Origin: a phage
Length of the DNA: 64,000 nucleotides
Reading direction: 5' to 3' (one strand)
Assembly: GCA_027218345.1 (NCBI GenBank)
Contig: GCA_027218345.1_3950.1
Shown here: positions 47,293 to 58,079 of the stretch, one piece after another
How positions within the stretch are numbered: position 1 is the first letter of the stretch
Layout: each line of letters opens with the position of its first letter
The notes under the pieces: model-generated
Database searches by the model: none
Told to the model about the DNA's origin: nothing
Seen by the model: only the letters and a program-made list of their open reading frames with translations
Program-made: the position numbers and the translations under genes

Positions 47293-47442
47293 TTACTGGA
47301 AGTTGTGCTTATCTTTAGAAGCTGCTTTACGTGCAGTTTTTCCAGTTCTTACACGCTTCTCTTCATAGTATTTTGCTGGTTTACCAGCAGTGGCTTTTAA
47401 GGAATCCCCAAAAACTTGTTCAAATGCTTTAGAGTGTTTCAT
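47293..47442 (-). CDS. small basic protein (below the ORF-track cutoff)
   Basis: ATG after strong GGAGAA RBS; about 49 aa, Lys/Arg-rich. Confidence 0.4.
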   Translation of the reverse strand: MKHSKAFEQVFGDSLKATAGKPAKYYEEKRVRTGKTARKAASKDKHNFQ

Positions 47443-47726
47443 GATATTCTCCGATATACTTGATATTCAAACACATTTTCTTTAATTATAAACAGCCAAC
47501 CAATATTATGTCGAGGTATAGTAATAGTGACTGTTATTATACTGTGATGGAACTTTTCTTCTACCTCAACGCCTCCATCACATTTCATGTAGAGCATTCT
47601 ATAGAACCTATCAACCTTTGTCAAACACTCTTCCTGAAATTTATTTAAACTTTTTTCTTCAAAGAAGGGTATGAACCCCTCTCTTTTATAACTATCACTC
47701 AGTTTCAAACGGGCAGTCATCTGCAT
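47439..47726 (-). CDS. hypothetical protein
   Basis: 95-aa ORF. Confidence 0.4.
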   Translation of the reverse strand: MQMTARLKLSDSYKREGFIPFFEEKSLNKFQEECLTKVDRFYRMLYMKCDGGVEVEEKFHHSIITVTITIPRHNIGWLFIIKENVFEYQVYRRIS

Positions 47727-49686
47727 CCTCGCTTAATACAGGTGGAATTGTTGAGCTTTGACGTTGTTCTTCAGTATAGACTTCACCAGTCTCACGGTCA
47801 AACACTTCATCCTCATAATGAGGTAAAGAGTCATCGTAATGGTCTTCAGCTTCACCAATACCAAACTGTTGACGAATATTTTCTGCTGCACCATCAATAT
47901 CAACACCACATCCAGAAGCTTTGATAAGACGTCCTGTATCTGGATTGTACCAAGTATGACCAGCAATACCTGTTGACTTACCATGACGACGACATTTAGT
48001 TAACTTGATTTTTGTCAAGTTTTTCTTAACAGGGTCTGGGTCAACCTTGTTACGCATTAACAGAATGTTGTTCATAGAAATCTGGAAATACGCACCAGAG
48101 CCTTTGATATCCTCTTCAGAGATATCTCCACCTTCAGAGTTGGCTTTCTGACCACCTGCACTCTTACGAACGTGACAGACGTTTACCTGTGCATACTGGT
48201 AGCGTTTGCAACGACGCAATAGCTCAGATAAAACTTCCTCTTCATCCGTATCTGAACGTGACAGAGCCAACGTAATAGGGTCAAGAATAATAATCTTACA
48301 GTCTAAGCTGTTAACAAGATAGTCAACAAACTCCAGCAAGTTATCTTGGTCAATTGCCCCTTGATGGTCTACGATGTGGATACGACGACCTTTAGACAGT
48401 TCTGCGTGTGCCTTCTTCAATTCATCCCAATCACGTTCGTCATAAGGAATCTCAGAAATCTGCTTGCTTAGGTGGATTGCACAGAGCATCTCCATCAACT
48501 CTTCATAGGTATCTTCTACAGGAATTACACCAATATTGTAATCGGTATCTTTCCAAGCAGTATAAATCATTTCACGAGTGTATGCAGATTTACCCACTGA
48601 AGATGGTGCTGCCAGAGTTGTAATCTCACCTAAACCATAACCGCCATAAGTCAGTCTGTTCAAATCTCCGAAAGATTCTGGGAAAGGAATCAATGGAATC
48701 TGACCACGATTCTTCATTGCCTCAAAACCATCTGCGAAGTTCTTGATACCAGCAGGACAGTAACGAGGTGCATTGTAGATACGCTGCTTAAATCCTTCCA
48801 GAACTGTATCTTTCTCTTTATAGAACTTTGTCCACCATTCGTTAAGGTCTTTTACACCTTCTGGATACTGGAATAAACGAACCTTCTCAATAGGGAGGAT
48901 ACCAGCAGCCTCTTTGGTAGCTTTAGCACCTGCTTCATCGTTATCAAAGCACAAGTAAATCTCATCAAATGATGTGATGTACTGATAGTTGTCTTTGATA
49001 GACTTAATGTTTGCACCGGATGGAACAGATACGTGACAGTAATTCTTACGACGAGACTTGTCTTTAATCGCAAGAGAAGTCATATAGATTGCTGTCGCAC
49101 ATTCCATCTCACCTTCCCAGATGAATAGACGGTTACCACCTTCTGGAGCAATCCATGAACCGAACATTGCCAGCTCACCTTTAATGTCTCCAACACCACC
49201 AGAAAAGTCTTTTAGCTTACCACGTAGGTGCTCTTTTGGATGGTCTTCTGGGTAACGGTGACGAACACGGTAGCCAACATGCTCTAGTTTGCCATCTTCA
49301 TTGCGTTTGTAAGTTGGGTAGAAATGTGCGTCAATTTCACCATCACTGTCAATGTCAACCTTGATACCTAAGCGTTCAAGAACTTTTGCAGGAATCTTCC
49401 TATCTTTCAAGTCCATAGCTTCTAGGTTTTCTTTTACATCTTCTAAGTCCATTCCACGGAAAGTACGGTTTTTATTGTCTGAACCAGTAGAATAAGTGCT
49501 CACGATTTGTCCTTTATCAAAATCCCACTCTGGGAAACCTTTGTTACAACTAAAGCAAGTCATTGAATAAGAATCATCGTCATGATGATAGATTGAACCA
49601 GCATCTGATGAACCACAACGTGGACATGCACAATGACCAATAAACTGACCAGCCTCTTTCAATTTACGACCTTTAGACATTAGCAC
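47695..49686 (-). CDS. bifunctional DNA primase-helicase (T7 gp4-like)
   Basis: N-terminal zinc ribbon CPRCGS...CFSCN, central primase region, C-terminal Walker A GLGEITTLAAPSSVGKSAYT. Confidence 0.85.
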   Translation of the reverse strand: MLMSKGRKLKEAGQFIGHCACPRCGSSDAGSIYHHDDDSYSMTCFSCNKGFPEWDFDKGQIVSTYSTGSDNKNRTFRGMDLEDVKENLEAMDLKDRKIPAKVLERLGIKVDIDSDGEIDAHFYPTYKRNEDGKLEHVGYRVRHRYPEDHPKEHLRGKLKDFSGGVGDIKGELAMFGSWIAPEGGNRLFIWEGEMECATAIYMTSLAIKDKSRRKNYCHVSVPSGANIKSIKDNYQYITSFDEIYLCFDNDEAGAKATKEAAGILPIEKVRLFQYPEGVKDLNEWWTKFYKEKDTVLEGFKQRIYNAPRYCPAGIKNFADGFEAMKNRGQIPLIPFPESFGDLNRLTYGGYGLGEITTLAAPSSVGKSAYTREMIYTAWKDTDYNIGVIPVEDTYEELMEMLCAIHLSKQISEIPYDERDWDELKKAHAELSKGRRIHIVDHQGAIDQDNLLEFVDYLVNSLDCKIIILDPITLALSRSDTDEEEVLSELLRRCKRYQYAQVNVCHVRKSAGGQKANSEGGDISEEDIKGSGAYFQISMNNILLMRNKVDPDPVKKNLTKIKLTKCRRHGKSTGIAGHTWYNPDTGRLIKASGCGVDIDGAAENIRQQFGIGEAEDHYDDSLPHYEDEVFDRETGEVYTEEQRQSSTIPPVLSEDADDCPFETE

Positions 49687-49873
49687 CTCTTCGTTGTAGT
49701 TCTGCCTTCAATCCGTTTTCAATCTTGTCCAGTTCATGAATTTCATCTGCAATCTCTTTCCTTCGTGATTCAACTCTCTTAAGACGTTCAATCATTACCT
49801 CATTGGAAAGAGATGAGAGTTCCACTAAACGGTGGTCAATAACTTTAAAATTGTCTTTTACTCTCATCTTCAC
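49673..49873 (-). CDS. hypothetical protein
   Basis: 66-aa ORF. Confidence 0.35.
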   Translation of the reverse strand: MKMRVKDNFKVIDHRLVELSSLSNEVMIERLKRVESRRKEIADEIHELDKIENGLKAELQRRGANV

Positions 49874-49881
49874 TCTCTCTT

Positions 49882-50625
49882 TTAAACTTTAATGATGGCT
49901 CTTAGCTTGTTCTCAAGGTCTGCAAGAGTACCATTATTATGAATAATGTCACGCTCATATTTTGTAGAAATCCCATTTTCTGAAACATGTGATGAAACTT
50001 TGTCCACATTGTCTCTTTTTACTTCAATAGTTTGGTGTGCAAATCTACTCAGCCATTCAGCTTCAGAGTCAAATCTTAAATCACTGATTAAGACAAAACC
50101 ATATTGATTTCTAAGTGAGCACATTTCATGGAATCTAACCATTCTTTTTTCAAGGTCTTTAGACCAGAACTTGTCGCCCATTACTTTACGGACAACTTCA
50201 GTACCCCAAATCTGTTGAATTTGTCTTGATGAGAATTTATACTTTTTACTAAATCCCAGACGTGTTAATAGGGTAGGTTTAGCAACCTTCTTAAGCTCCA
50301 TGATTAATCGTCCGGTTAACTCTGACATAAGCTTGAAGTCCATATGGTAACGTTCATCTCTGAAGGTGAACTCCATAGCTTCCGTAACTTTAAACATCAG
50401 CTCAGGATATGATAAGTCAAATACCTGTGGAGTCTCTTTAGTTTCACCATACAGGTCATTCCAAGTCAGGTCAAATATCTTTGATGCAGACAGTTTAAGG
50501 TTGTCTGCAAAGGCCATTACAGCAACATTGTAACCATACTCATCCTCTAAGATGTTCTTCACAATAGAACATGAAGTGTCTTTTCCAGAACGTGCCTTTC
50601 CAGTAAATGCAATAATATCACTCAT
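49882..50625 (-). CDS. deoxynucleoside monophosphate kinase-like P-loop kinase
   Basis: P-loop GKARSGKDT near N-terminus. Confidence 0.7.
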   Translation of the reverse strand: MSDIIAFTGKARSGKDTSCSIVKNILEDEYGYNVAVMAFADNLKLSASKIFDLTWNDLYGETKETPQVFDLSYPELMFKVTEAMEFTFRDERYHMDFKLMSELTGRLIMELKKVAKPTLLTRLGFSKKYKFSSRQIQQIWGTEVVRKVMGDKFWSKDLEKRMVRFHEMCSLRNQYGFVLISDLRFDSEAEWLSRFAHQTIEVKRDNVDKVSSHVSENGISTKYERDIIHNNGTLADLENKLRAIIKV

Positions 50626-50686
50626 TTTATCTCCCTTAATTACTAAAAAGCCCCCAACTAAGGAGGCTTGTAAGATTTATAAAGAC

Positions 50687-51487
50687 TTAGTGCAGTTGGT
50701 CAGCATACTCTTTTTCAGCCATAGCTGAGATTTGCTTCACAAAATCATCACCGAAGTTAATGCGTAGCTTCTCTTCAATGATTGAAGCACCAATATTCAC
50801 CAAAACATCATTGATTGCTTGCATACTAACGCCACCAGTCATTTCCTCAATGAACTCAATGCTCACACCCATCATCTGTGACAGTTGGATTAGTGCAACG
50901 ATATTCATCATCGTAGAGATAGCTGGAATCATCAGTGCAACTTTCACCTGAAGTGGTTCAATGTCAGCTACAGAGTCATTTTCAGCAGCTTCTTCCAAAG
51001 ACTCTTTAGTTTGCTGGATAATCTCTTTGATTCGTGGGTTTAATTCTTCTACGCCCCAATCAAGTTTTTCATATCGTGAAAGTTTCTCTTCCATACGCTT
51101 CTCAAGAACAGCCATAACAGCACTGGTTGATGAAATTAACAGGTCAATTAGTTCATCATTACCTGCGAGTAGTAGCAAGTCTTTTTCTTCAGTGGTCATG
51201 GCAATATAGTCATTTTTCTGCATCTCATAAAAAATGAACTCTGCAAGAGCATCAACACCTACAACGATAGATGCTAAAGCAAGTGTTTTGTCGCAAAGCA
51301 TCATGTTGACCTGTTCTGCAAAAGCACCGTTATCAGACTTGTCTTCAGGCAAGTTATAGCTTGCAGGCATAAACTGTTCTGTGTAGTTGTTGCCACGAAG
51401 AATCATAGCCATGCTTTCTACGGCATTGATTAAGAACGCTTCGTCAATACCTTTTTCTTCAAGCATCTTTTCTACATCGATATTCAT
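50687..51487 (-). CDS. hypothetical protein
   Basis: 266-aa ORF. Confidence 0.5.
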   Translation of the reverse strand: MNIDVEKMLEEKGIDEAFLINAVESMAMILRGNNYTEQFMPASYNLPEDKSDNGAFAEQVNMMLCDKTLALASIVVGVDALAEFIFYEMQKNDYIAMTTEEKDLLLLAGNDELIDLLISSTSAVMAVLEKRMEEKLSRYEKLDWGVEELNPRIKEIIQQTKESLEEAAENDSVADIEPLQVKVALMIPAISTMMNIVALIQLSQMMGVSIEFIEEMTGGVSMQAINDVLVNIGASIIEEKLRINFGDDFVKQISAMAEKEYADQLH

Positions 51488-51488
51488 A

Positions 51489-51911
51489 TTATTTCTCTCT
51501 CAGTTGGTTAAGTTTCTTTCTAGAACATTTTAAGTTTTCGGATGAAGAAAAGTCAAGTGTCTTTTCAGAACGTGGATAATAGTGCCTATCCCAAGAAGTT
51601 TCAACATCGTTAATCAGTGACGCTAGATTACACAGGTCTGTACCACTTTGCAACCTCTTTTTAAGAGAATCTAGTAAAGCAACTGTGTCTTTAGCTTTAC
51701 GTCTCGCTGTAGCAACATCTTTCATATGCTCAAATACAGAGCATTTTAAGTCATCTTCATAGTTTTCAGACAACTCTATTTCATGTTGTATATCAACCAT
51801 TCTCCTGTGATGGTGAGCATATTCCCGTTGAGCAGCAATGTCAAGTTCTTCCAACTTCTGCAAAGCTCTAACAAAGTCAGCTATGTCTGGGTGAACAAAC
51901 ATTTTCTGCAT
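51489..51911 (-). CDS. hypothetical protein
   Basis: 140-aa ORF, first gene of the minus block. Confidence 0.5.
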   Translation of the reverse strand: MQKMFVHPDIADFVRALQKLEELDIAAQREYAHHHRRMVDIQHEIELSENYEDDLKCSVFEHMKDVATARRKAKDTVALLDSLKKRLQSGTDLCNLASLINDVETSWDRHYYPRSEKTLDFSSSENLKCSRKKLNQLREK

Positions 51912-52168
51912 GTAAGCCTCTTTTAAGTAACTATTAAGTTTTAATCTTTTATCTTAACGTATTCTATACGTTATACTTTAAAGCTTTTTAAAAGCTATTA
52001 AATAATCTTTTAAGAATTTTAAAGTATCTGTATAGTTAAACTGTTAAGTAACCTTTTAAGTAAAAACCCACTTCGCAAAGATTAACACCTTGTCAAGTAC
52101 ATTGTCAACTTGCTTTTTATAATTTTTTGCAGTAATGTATGTGGTTAATGATTTTAGAGGGAGTAAAA
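51912..52168. promoter_or_regulatory. divergent promoter region upstream of DNA polymerase and the minus block
   Basis: Contains CACCTTGTCAAGTACATTGTCAAC, near-identical to the motif at 7556, plus TATAAT. Confidence 0.4.
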
Positions 52169-54311
52169 ATGGAAAACGTAGATTTTAAAAACTTACATTT
52201 GGTTGGCGATACAGAAACTGATGGTTTACTCCTTGAGTTCACTAAAGTACACGTAATGGCTTTCGCAGACTATAAATCTGACGATGAAGAGCCACCTGTA
52301 TGGGTCTTTACAGATGAGCCTATCCTCGGTCACAAGTACACTAAGTACATTAAGGGTGGTTTACGTGAAGGTGTTGAGTTTGCGTTAAAGGCAAAACGAC
52401 TTTGTATCCATAACGGCCTCGGTTATGACTGGTGGGTCTTCAATCACATTGCACCGGATTTATGGAACTTTGATAATCCAAAGTGTAAGCCGTGGAGTAA
52501 TTTCTTTCAGGATTCTCTTATCCAGTCTCGTGTTCAGTGGATGGATAGACCAACTCCAAAGGGTTATAAAGGTGCTCATGGCTTGGCTGCATGGGGTGCT
52601 CGTGTTGGTGTCCGTAAACCAGAGATTGAACATTGGGGTGTGTGGAATGCAGAAATCTTCACTCGTGTTGTGGAAGATATCCGTATTAACGCCAAAACTA
52701 AACGCGCACTAGATAATGAATATCTCAAGCTGAAGAAGTGTGGCATAGACACCTATGAAACCTATATGCGAGCTAAAGAAACATCTTTCTGGATGAGTCA
52801 ACAAGCTATCAATGGTTGGAAAGCTGATAAAGAGCTTATGGAGTTCCATGTAAAGGAACTTGACAAGTTGACTAATGAGCTTGCTTCGGAAGTTGAACCA
52901 CATCTTCCTCCAACTATTAAGACCAAAGGTAAAGTTACTGGGGAAGAGTTTGCAAAAGCTTGGAATGAGTATGTTGAAGCATTTGGTCATGCAGATGGAC
53001 TGAAGAGAATCACCAAGTACCCTAAGACAAAGTATCGTCAGCAGGTACGTAATGGTGAAATGCAGACATATGAAATCAAGCCATTTGGTAAGCCAACTAC
53101 AAAGATTTTTAACATTGAAAAGAGAAATTGCTATACGCCAACCAACTCTGTAACTGGTGAAGAGTACAAGGAAGGTTTTGTAGCAATGAAGGATGCTCGT
53201 GCAATTTGCAATGAGTTGAACGCAAAGATTGGTAAGAAATGCAAAGACTGGAAGCCAGTAAAAACAGTCAAAACTGTGAAGTACTATAACAGCCACGTTG
53301 TTAACCACTTTGAACTTGAGTCAAGTCGCTACACAGGATTGATTGATGCACCATATACACCAATTGAGTTTGAAGTTTCTCGTATGACTCAGGTAGCAGT
53401 TGTTAAAGACTACTTGAAATCAGTTGGTTGGATTCCAGATGACTGGAACTACAAGAAAGACTCAGATGGTCGCCCTGTCAAAGTTTGTCGTTTCAAAGAC
53501 AATAAAAAGATGATTACAAAGCATCCTAAGTGGCAGGAGATGGTTGAGCGGTGTGGTTTGAGCTATGTTGAGCATGAAGGTGTACAGTACATTGAGCATA
53601 ACTGGTCTGTGAAGAAATACACAGATTTGCTTGAGCCTTGCTTAATCCGTACTTCACCAAAACTTACTGAATCATCTTATGATACGATTGAAGGTGAACT
53701 TGGACAGAAGATTGCTAAGTACTATACTTTGATGCACAGACGCAGAACTATTGAGAACTCAAAGGATGATGAAAAAGGTTGGTTGAACCAGATTCGTCCT
53801 GATGGTCGCCTTAGTGCTGGTGCAATGGTATTTGGTACTTCAACTGGACGTATGACACAATATGGTATTGTAAACGTACCGTCTGGTGCTGCTGTCTATG
53901 GAGCACCTATGAGGGCAGTGTGGATTTGTGAAGATGGAACCAACGTAGTCTCCGTTGATATGAACTCAGCCCAGCTAGTTCTTCTTTGCAACTTTATGGG
54001 TGATAAAGAGTTCACTAAAGCAGTAACTGAAGGTAAAGAGTCAGTAGAATTTACCAAGCAAGAAGATGGGAGGTATTATTGCAAACATCTTGATAAGTAC
54101 CTTAATCCAGAAACTGATAAGTATCTTCGTTATGATGCTGAGAATGACCTCTATGAGGTCTACACAGGGACTGATGCGCATACACTGAACAGTATTTACT
54201 TTGGTCTGAACAAGGAGGAAGATATTGTTCGTTGTAGGGAGACACAGGATGAGGAACTTCTTCACGAGATTACAAAAGGCCGTAAGAAAGCCAAAAATGG
54301 CATTTATGCGT
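52169..54311 (+). CDS. DNA polymerase family A, exon 1
   Basis: 3'-5' exo motif LVGDTETDGL at N-terminus; ends inside motif B (RKKAKNGIYA); start set at MENVDF after GAGGGA RBS. Confidence 0.85.
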
Positions 54312-54578
54312 CAGTGGCGCATGTAAAACGTTGTGAATTGCTGGAAGCCTAAGTCTGTAAAGATATGGTAATCAGCAGCGAAGCCTCTTAAGAGGAACGT
54401 TCAGAGACTATCGAAAAGCATACTTAACGTATGAACTGAGTAGAGTAGGGTGGTAAGCTAATGACCATCCCAAGTGCAACGGTAGCACCACTGCTACGTG
54501 ATATAGTCCGACACTCCGTAGAAATGCGGAGAAGTTCATAAGAGAACTGGTACACCTTGCGAGTGTATTGACCAGATG
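54312..54578 (+). mobile_element. group I intron (ORF-less) in DNA polymerase motif B
   Basis: 267 nt; exon ends in U pairing with intron GCGCAU guide (terminal U-G wobble); P/Q/R/S-like elements AATTGCTGGAAG, AATCAGCAGCG, GTTCAGAGACTATCG, GATATAGTCCG; intron ends in G. Confidence 0.7.
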
Positions 54579-55135
54579 TATTGTTCGGGGCTGGAGACGA
54601 GAAGTTTGCAAAAACTATCAAGGCATCATCTACGGAAGAAGGTGCATTGACTAAACAAACTTACTATATGCGTCTGCCAAAGATTAAGAAGTTACTTGAT
54701 AGCTTAGAAGCCGATTTTAAGGCGTCTAAAAAGGCTCTGGAAGAGGTTTTTGGGAAGAATTCTTCAATTGCTAAAGGTGGTTATATCAGGGTCGCTGGAG
54801 CATGGATATGGTGCAAATCTCCACATAAACTACTGAACTACCTCCTGATGAGTTCGGAAGCACAGATTCAGAATGAGGCCATCAACCTAGCAGCAAGAAA
54901 AGCCTGTGAAGATGGCCTGACAAAACTGAATGCTCGAAAACCAGCTATCGGAGCAAGGTTACTTCTGGCATATCACGATGAAAATAGTTGGGAATGTCCA
55001 GAGGGTATGACACATGATATGAAAGCAATTGCTGACTGGATGTATGGACAAGCTTCAAAAAACTTAGGTTTGAGGAAAGAAACACTTGTAACTGGTACAG
55101 CAAAGGTTGGTAAGAGCTGGTATGAGGTACATTGA
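54579..55135 (+). CDS. DNA polymerase family A, exon 2
   Basis: Begins LLFGAGDEK (rest of motif B), contains motif C YHDE; spliced product gives RKKAKNGIYALLFGAGDEK matching T7-type motif B. Confidence 0.8.
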
Positions 55136-55138
55136 TTA

Positions 55139-55672
55139 ATGGATTTAATTTTACAAAAACGTTTAAAGGAGCTGCTGCACTATGACCCCGAAACAGGGGT
55201 CTTTACTTGGCTTCGTAGAGAAGGTAAATCAAGAGCTGTTAGTGTTTTTAACAGTAATTATGCAGGAAAGGTGGCAGGTAATATCCAGACTGACTCAAGT
55301 GGTCATAAACAGATTAGTATCTATTTTGACAAGAAAGCACATAAAGCACACAGACTCGCATGGCTTTACGTGTATGGCAAGATGCCAAAAGGTATCATTG
55401 ACCATATCAACGGCGACTCACTTGACAACAGGATTGTAAACTTAAGGGAAGCAGATGATTTTCAAAGTGCTTGGAATAAAGGTAAACCAGTCACCAATAA
55501 ATCTGGGTACAAGGGTGTAAGTCTTAAGAAGAAGTCTGGTAAGTGGGTCGCACAGATAAGTTATAAAGGTAAGAAGATGTTTTTAGGTTACCATGACACA
55601 CCTGAAGAAGCCCATAAAGCTTACTGTGAAGCTGCTATTAAACTCCACGGAGAGTTTGCAAAACTAAGTTGA
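55139..55672 (+). CDS. free-standing HNH homing endonuclease with AP2-like DNA-binding domain
   Basis: HNH motif KGIIDHINGDSLDNRIVNLR and AP2-like YKGVSLKKKSGKWVAQISYKGKKMFLGYHDTPEEA; starts 4 nt after polymerase stop. Confidence 0.75.
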   Translation: MDLILQKRLKELLHYDPETGVFTWLRREGKSRAVSVFNSNYAGKVAGNIQTDSSGHKQISIYFDKKAHKAHRLAWLYVYGKMPKGIIDHINGDSLDNRIVNLREADDFQSAWNKGKPVTNKSGYKGVSLKKKSGKWVAQISYKGKKMFLGYHDTPEEAHKAYCEAAIKLHGEFAKLS

Positions 55673-55723
55673 CAAGGTGCTCAGGGAAGAGTACCTTATA
55701 CAATATCTTGTATAGGAGAGCTT

Positions 55724-55933
55724 ATGAGCCACCGTGGAAGAACCCATGCAGCGATGATGAAAGGTGCTTCAAAAGAGACTATCAAAAATCGTAAGCAGAA
55801 GTTGTTTGAGAGAATGAACAGGTTAATTGACAATTCATCTCTTTCAGGTTCTGAGAAGGTTTTCTTGAAAGGTAATCTGAAAAGCATTGCACAAGAACTT
55901 GTAGATATTGAATATTGGAGACATCAAAAATGA
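55724..55933 (+). CDS. hypothetical protein
   Basis: 69-aa ORF. Confidence 0.4.
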   Translation: MSHRGRTHAAMMKGASKETIKNRKQKLFERMNRLIDNSSLSGSEKVFLKGNLKSIAQELVDIEYWRHQK

Positions 55934-56148
55934 CACTTGCAGACGTTATTCAGCAACTTCATGATAACTGCTACACTCCAGAGTTAATTCAGGAGATGTC
56001 CATTGCAGTCATGCCTAGCAAGTTCGTAAAAACCTTTAACAACGACGCTTTAAGGTCTACACACATCCTTATCGTTGACGGTAAGATTGCAAAAGACCGT
56101 ACTGGAGTACTTAAAGGTGAACGTATTGATATTCTGGAGTTGCTATGA
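55915..56148 (+). CDS. hypothetical protein
   Basis: 77-aa ORF. Confidence 0.4.
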   Translation: METSKMTLADVIQQLHDNCYTPELIQEMSIAVMPSKFVKTFNNDALRSTHILIVDGKIAKDRTGVLKGERIDILELL

Positions 56149-56280
56149 AGAAAATGTACAGTCTCTGGGGAAGGGTTGGTGAAGGTTTTGACTGGACACT
56201 TCTTCGTTCAAACGTTAAACGTAGTGAATTACCAGAACTCATCACTCACTATTTAAAAACATACAGAGAGGTAGACTATC

Positions 56281-56538
56281 GTGAACAATAAGGTTAAGAG
56301 TTGTGTGAAAGCAATGGTTGCACTTGGAGTAATTTTTCTATCTGGCTGCAATCCCTCTTACGAGGACAAAAATGCTTCTTATAGTCTCCCACCAGAGATG
56401 CAAGATTGCAAAGTCTATAAGTTAAATGGGGATGCAATAAGCAGAGATATTGTTGTTGTCAGATGTCCAAACTCTCAAACAACAACATCTTATAGCTATG
56501 GCAAAAATGGTCAATCACATACTACGGTTATTGAGTGA
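56281..56538 (+). CDS. small lipoprotein
   Basis: GTG start after GAGAGG RBS; signal peptide with lipobox FLSGC. Confidence 0.5.
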   Translation: MNNKVKSCVKAMVALGVIFLSGCNPSYEDKNASYSLPPEMQDCKVYKLNGDAISRDIVVVRCPNSQTTTSYSYGKNGQSHTTVIE

Positions 56539-56548
56539 GGTTTTCACG

Positions 56549-56755
56549 ATGGAAGTCCTAGTAAACTATATCTACTGTTATGATGTTGTTCACTCCACTA
56601 CAACGGTAGCTCAACGTAACCCAATCGTACCACGAGAAGGTGAATTGGTTCGCATTGAGGGTTGGACTTACACTGTGGAAAGCATCATTCATAAGTTTGA
56701 TGTTGCTGGCGATGTTCAAGTTATCGACGTAGAAATTGGTGGTAAGAGAAAATGA
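56549..56755 (+). CDS. hypothetical protein
   Basis: Internal ATG (MEVLV) after GAGGT RBS; overlap with lipoprotein gene avoided. Confidence 0.4.
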   Translation: MEVLVNYIYCYDVVHSTTTVAQRNPIVPREGELVRIEGWTYTVESIIHKFDVAGDVQVIDVEIGGKRK

Positions 56756-56970
56756 CTGTAGAAGATAAATTTAAGAACGCAGTTCTTACAGAAGATGGTG
56801 AGCTTGAAACATTCATTCTTCGTGTTGATGGTAAGCTATTCCGGTGTCGTTGTGGGTCAAACTGTTTCCATAAACCAGATAAAAATGACTTAGAGCTTTA
56901 CGCATGTAATGCTTGCAATACTTGGTATCACTCAGAGGTTAAAAATGACAATTCTGTACAAACAAAATAA
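56752..56970 (+). CDS. small zinc-ribbon protein
   Basis: CRCGSNC...CNACN cysteine pairs. Confidence 0.45.
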   Translation: MTVEDKFKNAVLTEDGELETFILRVDGKLFRCRCGSNCFHKPDKNDLELYACNACNTWYHSEVKNDNSVQTK

Positions 56971-58045
56971 AGATGGCTCTTTCAATGTCTGGTCATGCGT
57001 TGCTGTAGGTGACAAAGTTATTACAACCTACGGTAAAGAAAATGGCAAGATGATGTTTGAAGAGTATACAGCAGAACCTAAAAACATCGGTAAAAAGAAT
57101 GAGCGTAATGCTGAACAACAAGCTCTCTTTGAAGTTGCTGCTAAGTATAAAAAGCAAGTTGACCGTAAAGGTTATGCTTACACAAAAGAGTCTGCACAGA
57201 ATACTGAGAAGGTAGGTGTACAGCTTGCTCATGATGCTGCAAAGGTTAGCCATGCAAAGTATCTGAAGTTCCCTGCTGATGCTCAACCAAAACTTGATGG
57301 TGTCCGTTGTAGAATTTCAAGAGGTGATGATTCAGTTAGTTTCACGGCTTATTCTCGTGAGAATACTGTTTATAAAATACCTACTGAGCTAACACCTGAC
57401 ATTATGACTATGTTAAGACTCCATGCAGACGTTGATGAGTTTGACGGGGAGGTTTATGCTCATGGGTGGGACTTAGAAGATATTGTCTCCATGATTAAAA
57501 ATGAAGACAACCCAGACAGACATCTTCTTAAGTTTTACTGGTATGACATCTGTGATAGCACTAAGACGTGGCCTGAACGTAGGGATATTATTGAGACTTC
57601 ACCATTGAATGACTTGAGAGATGGCTGTAAAGTTGTCCCTGTTAAGTCTCGTCGTGTAAACTCTTGGGAAGAATTTGATGAAGCTCATGATAAGTGGGTT
57701 GAAGTTAAGTTTGAAGGTGCAATGTACCGTTCAATCTCTGAAGACTCCTTCTATGAGTGTTGTCACCGTTCATACTTCTTGATTAAGCACAAGAAGATGC
57801 ACACTGAAGAGTTTAAAGTGACTGGTGTAAAGACTGATAAACGTGGTCATGGTAAGTTCGTTGTAGAGACTCTTCCTAACGTCTTTGTAGATGTCTCATG
57901 GAAGACTACTCATGAGAAGAAACAGTATCTTGCTGAACATCCTGAAGAGTTTATCGGGAAACCTTTAACGGTTCAGTTCCAGAAGATGACTCGTAAGGGG
58001 TCTTTACAGTTCCCTGTTGGGTTAGTTATACGAGATTATGAATAA
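56945..58045 (+). CDS. ATP-dependent DNA ligase
   Basis: Nucleotidyltransferase motif I KLDGVR; start set at second ATG after GAGG RBS. Confidence 0.75.
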   Translation: MTILYKQNKDGSFNVWSCVAVGDKVITTYGKENGKMMFEEYTAEPKNIGKKNERNAEQQALFEVAAKYKKQVDRKGYAYTKESAQNTEKVGVQLAHDAAKVSHAKYLKFPADAQPKLDGVRCRISRGDDSVSFTAYSRENTVYKIPTELTPDIMTMLRLHADVDEFDGEVYAHGWDLEDIVSMIKNEDNPDRHLLKFYWYDICDSTKTWPERRDIIETSPLNDLRDGCKVVPVKSRRVNSWEEFDEAHDKWVEVKFEGAMYRSISEDSFYECCHRSYFLIKHKKMHTEEFKVTGVKTDKRGHGKFVVETLPNVFVDVSWKTTHEKKQYLAEHPEEFIGKPLTVQFQKMTRKGSLQFPVGLVIRDYE

Positions 58046-58051
58046 AAGTTG

Positions 58052-58079
58052 TTGACATAGAAAATTTGGTGAGTATACT
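58052..58079 (+). promoter_or_regulatory. sigma70-like promoter candidate
   Basis: TTGACA, 16-nt spacer, TATACT. Confidence 0.45.
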
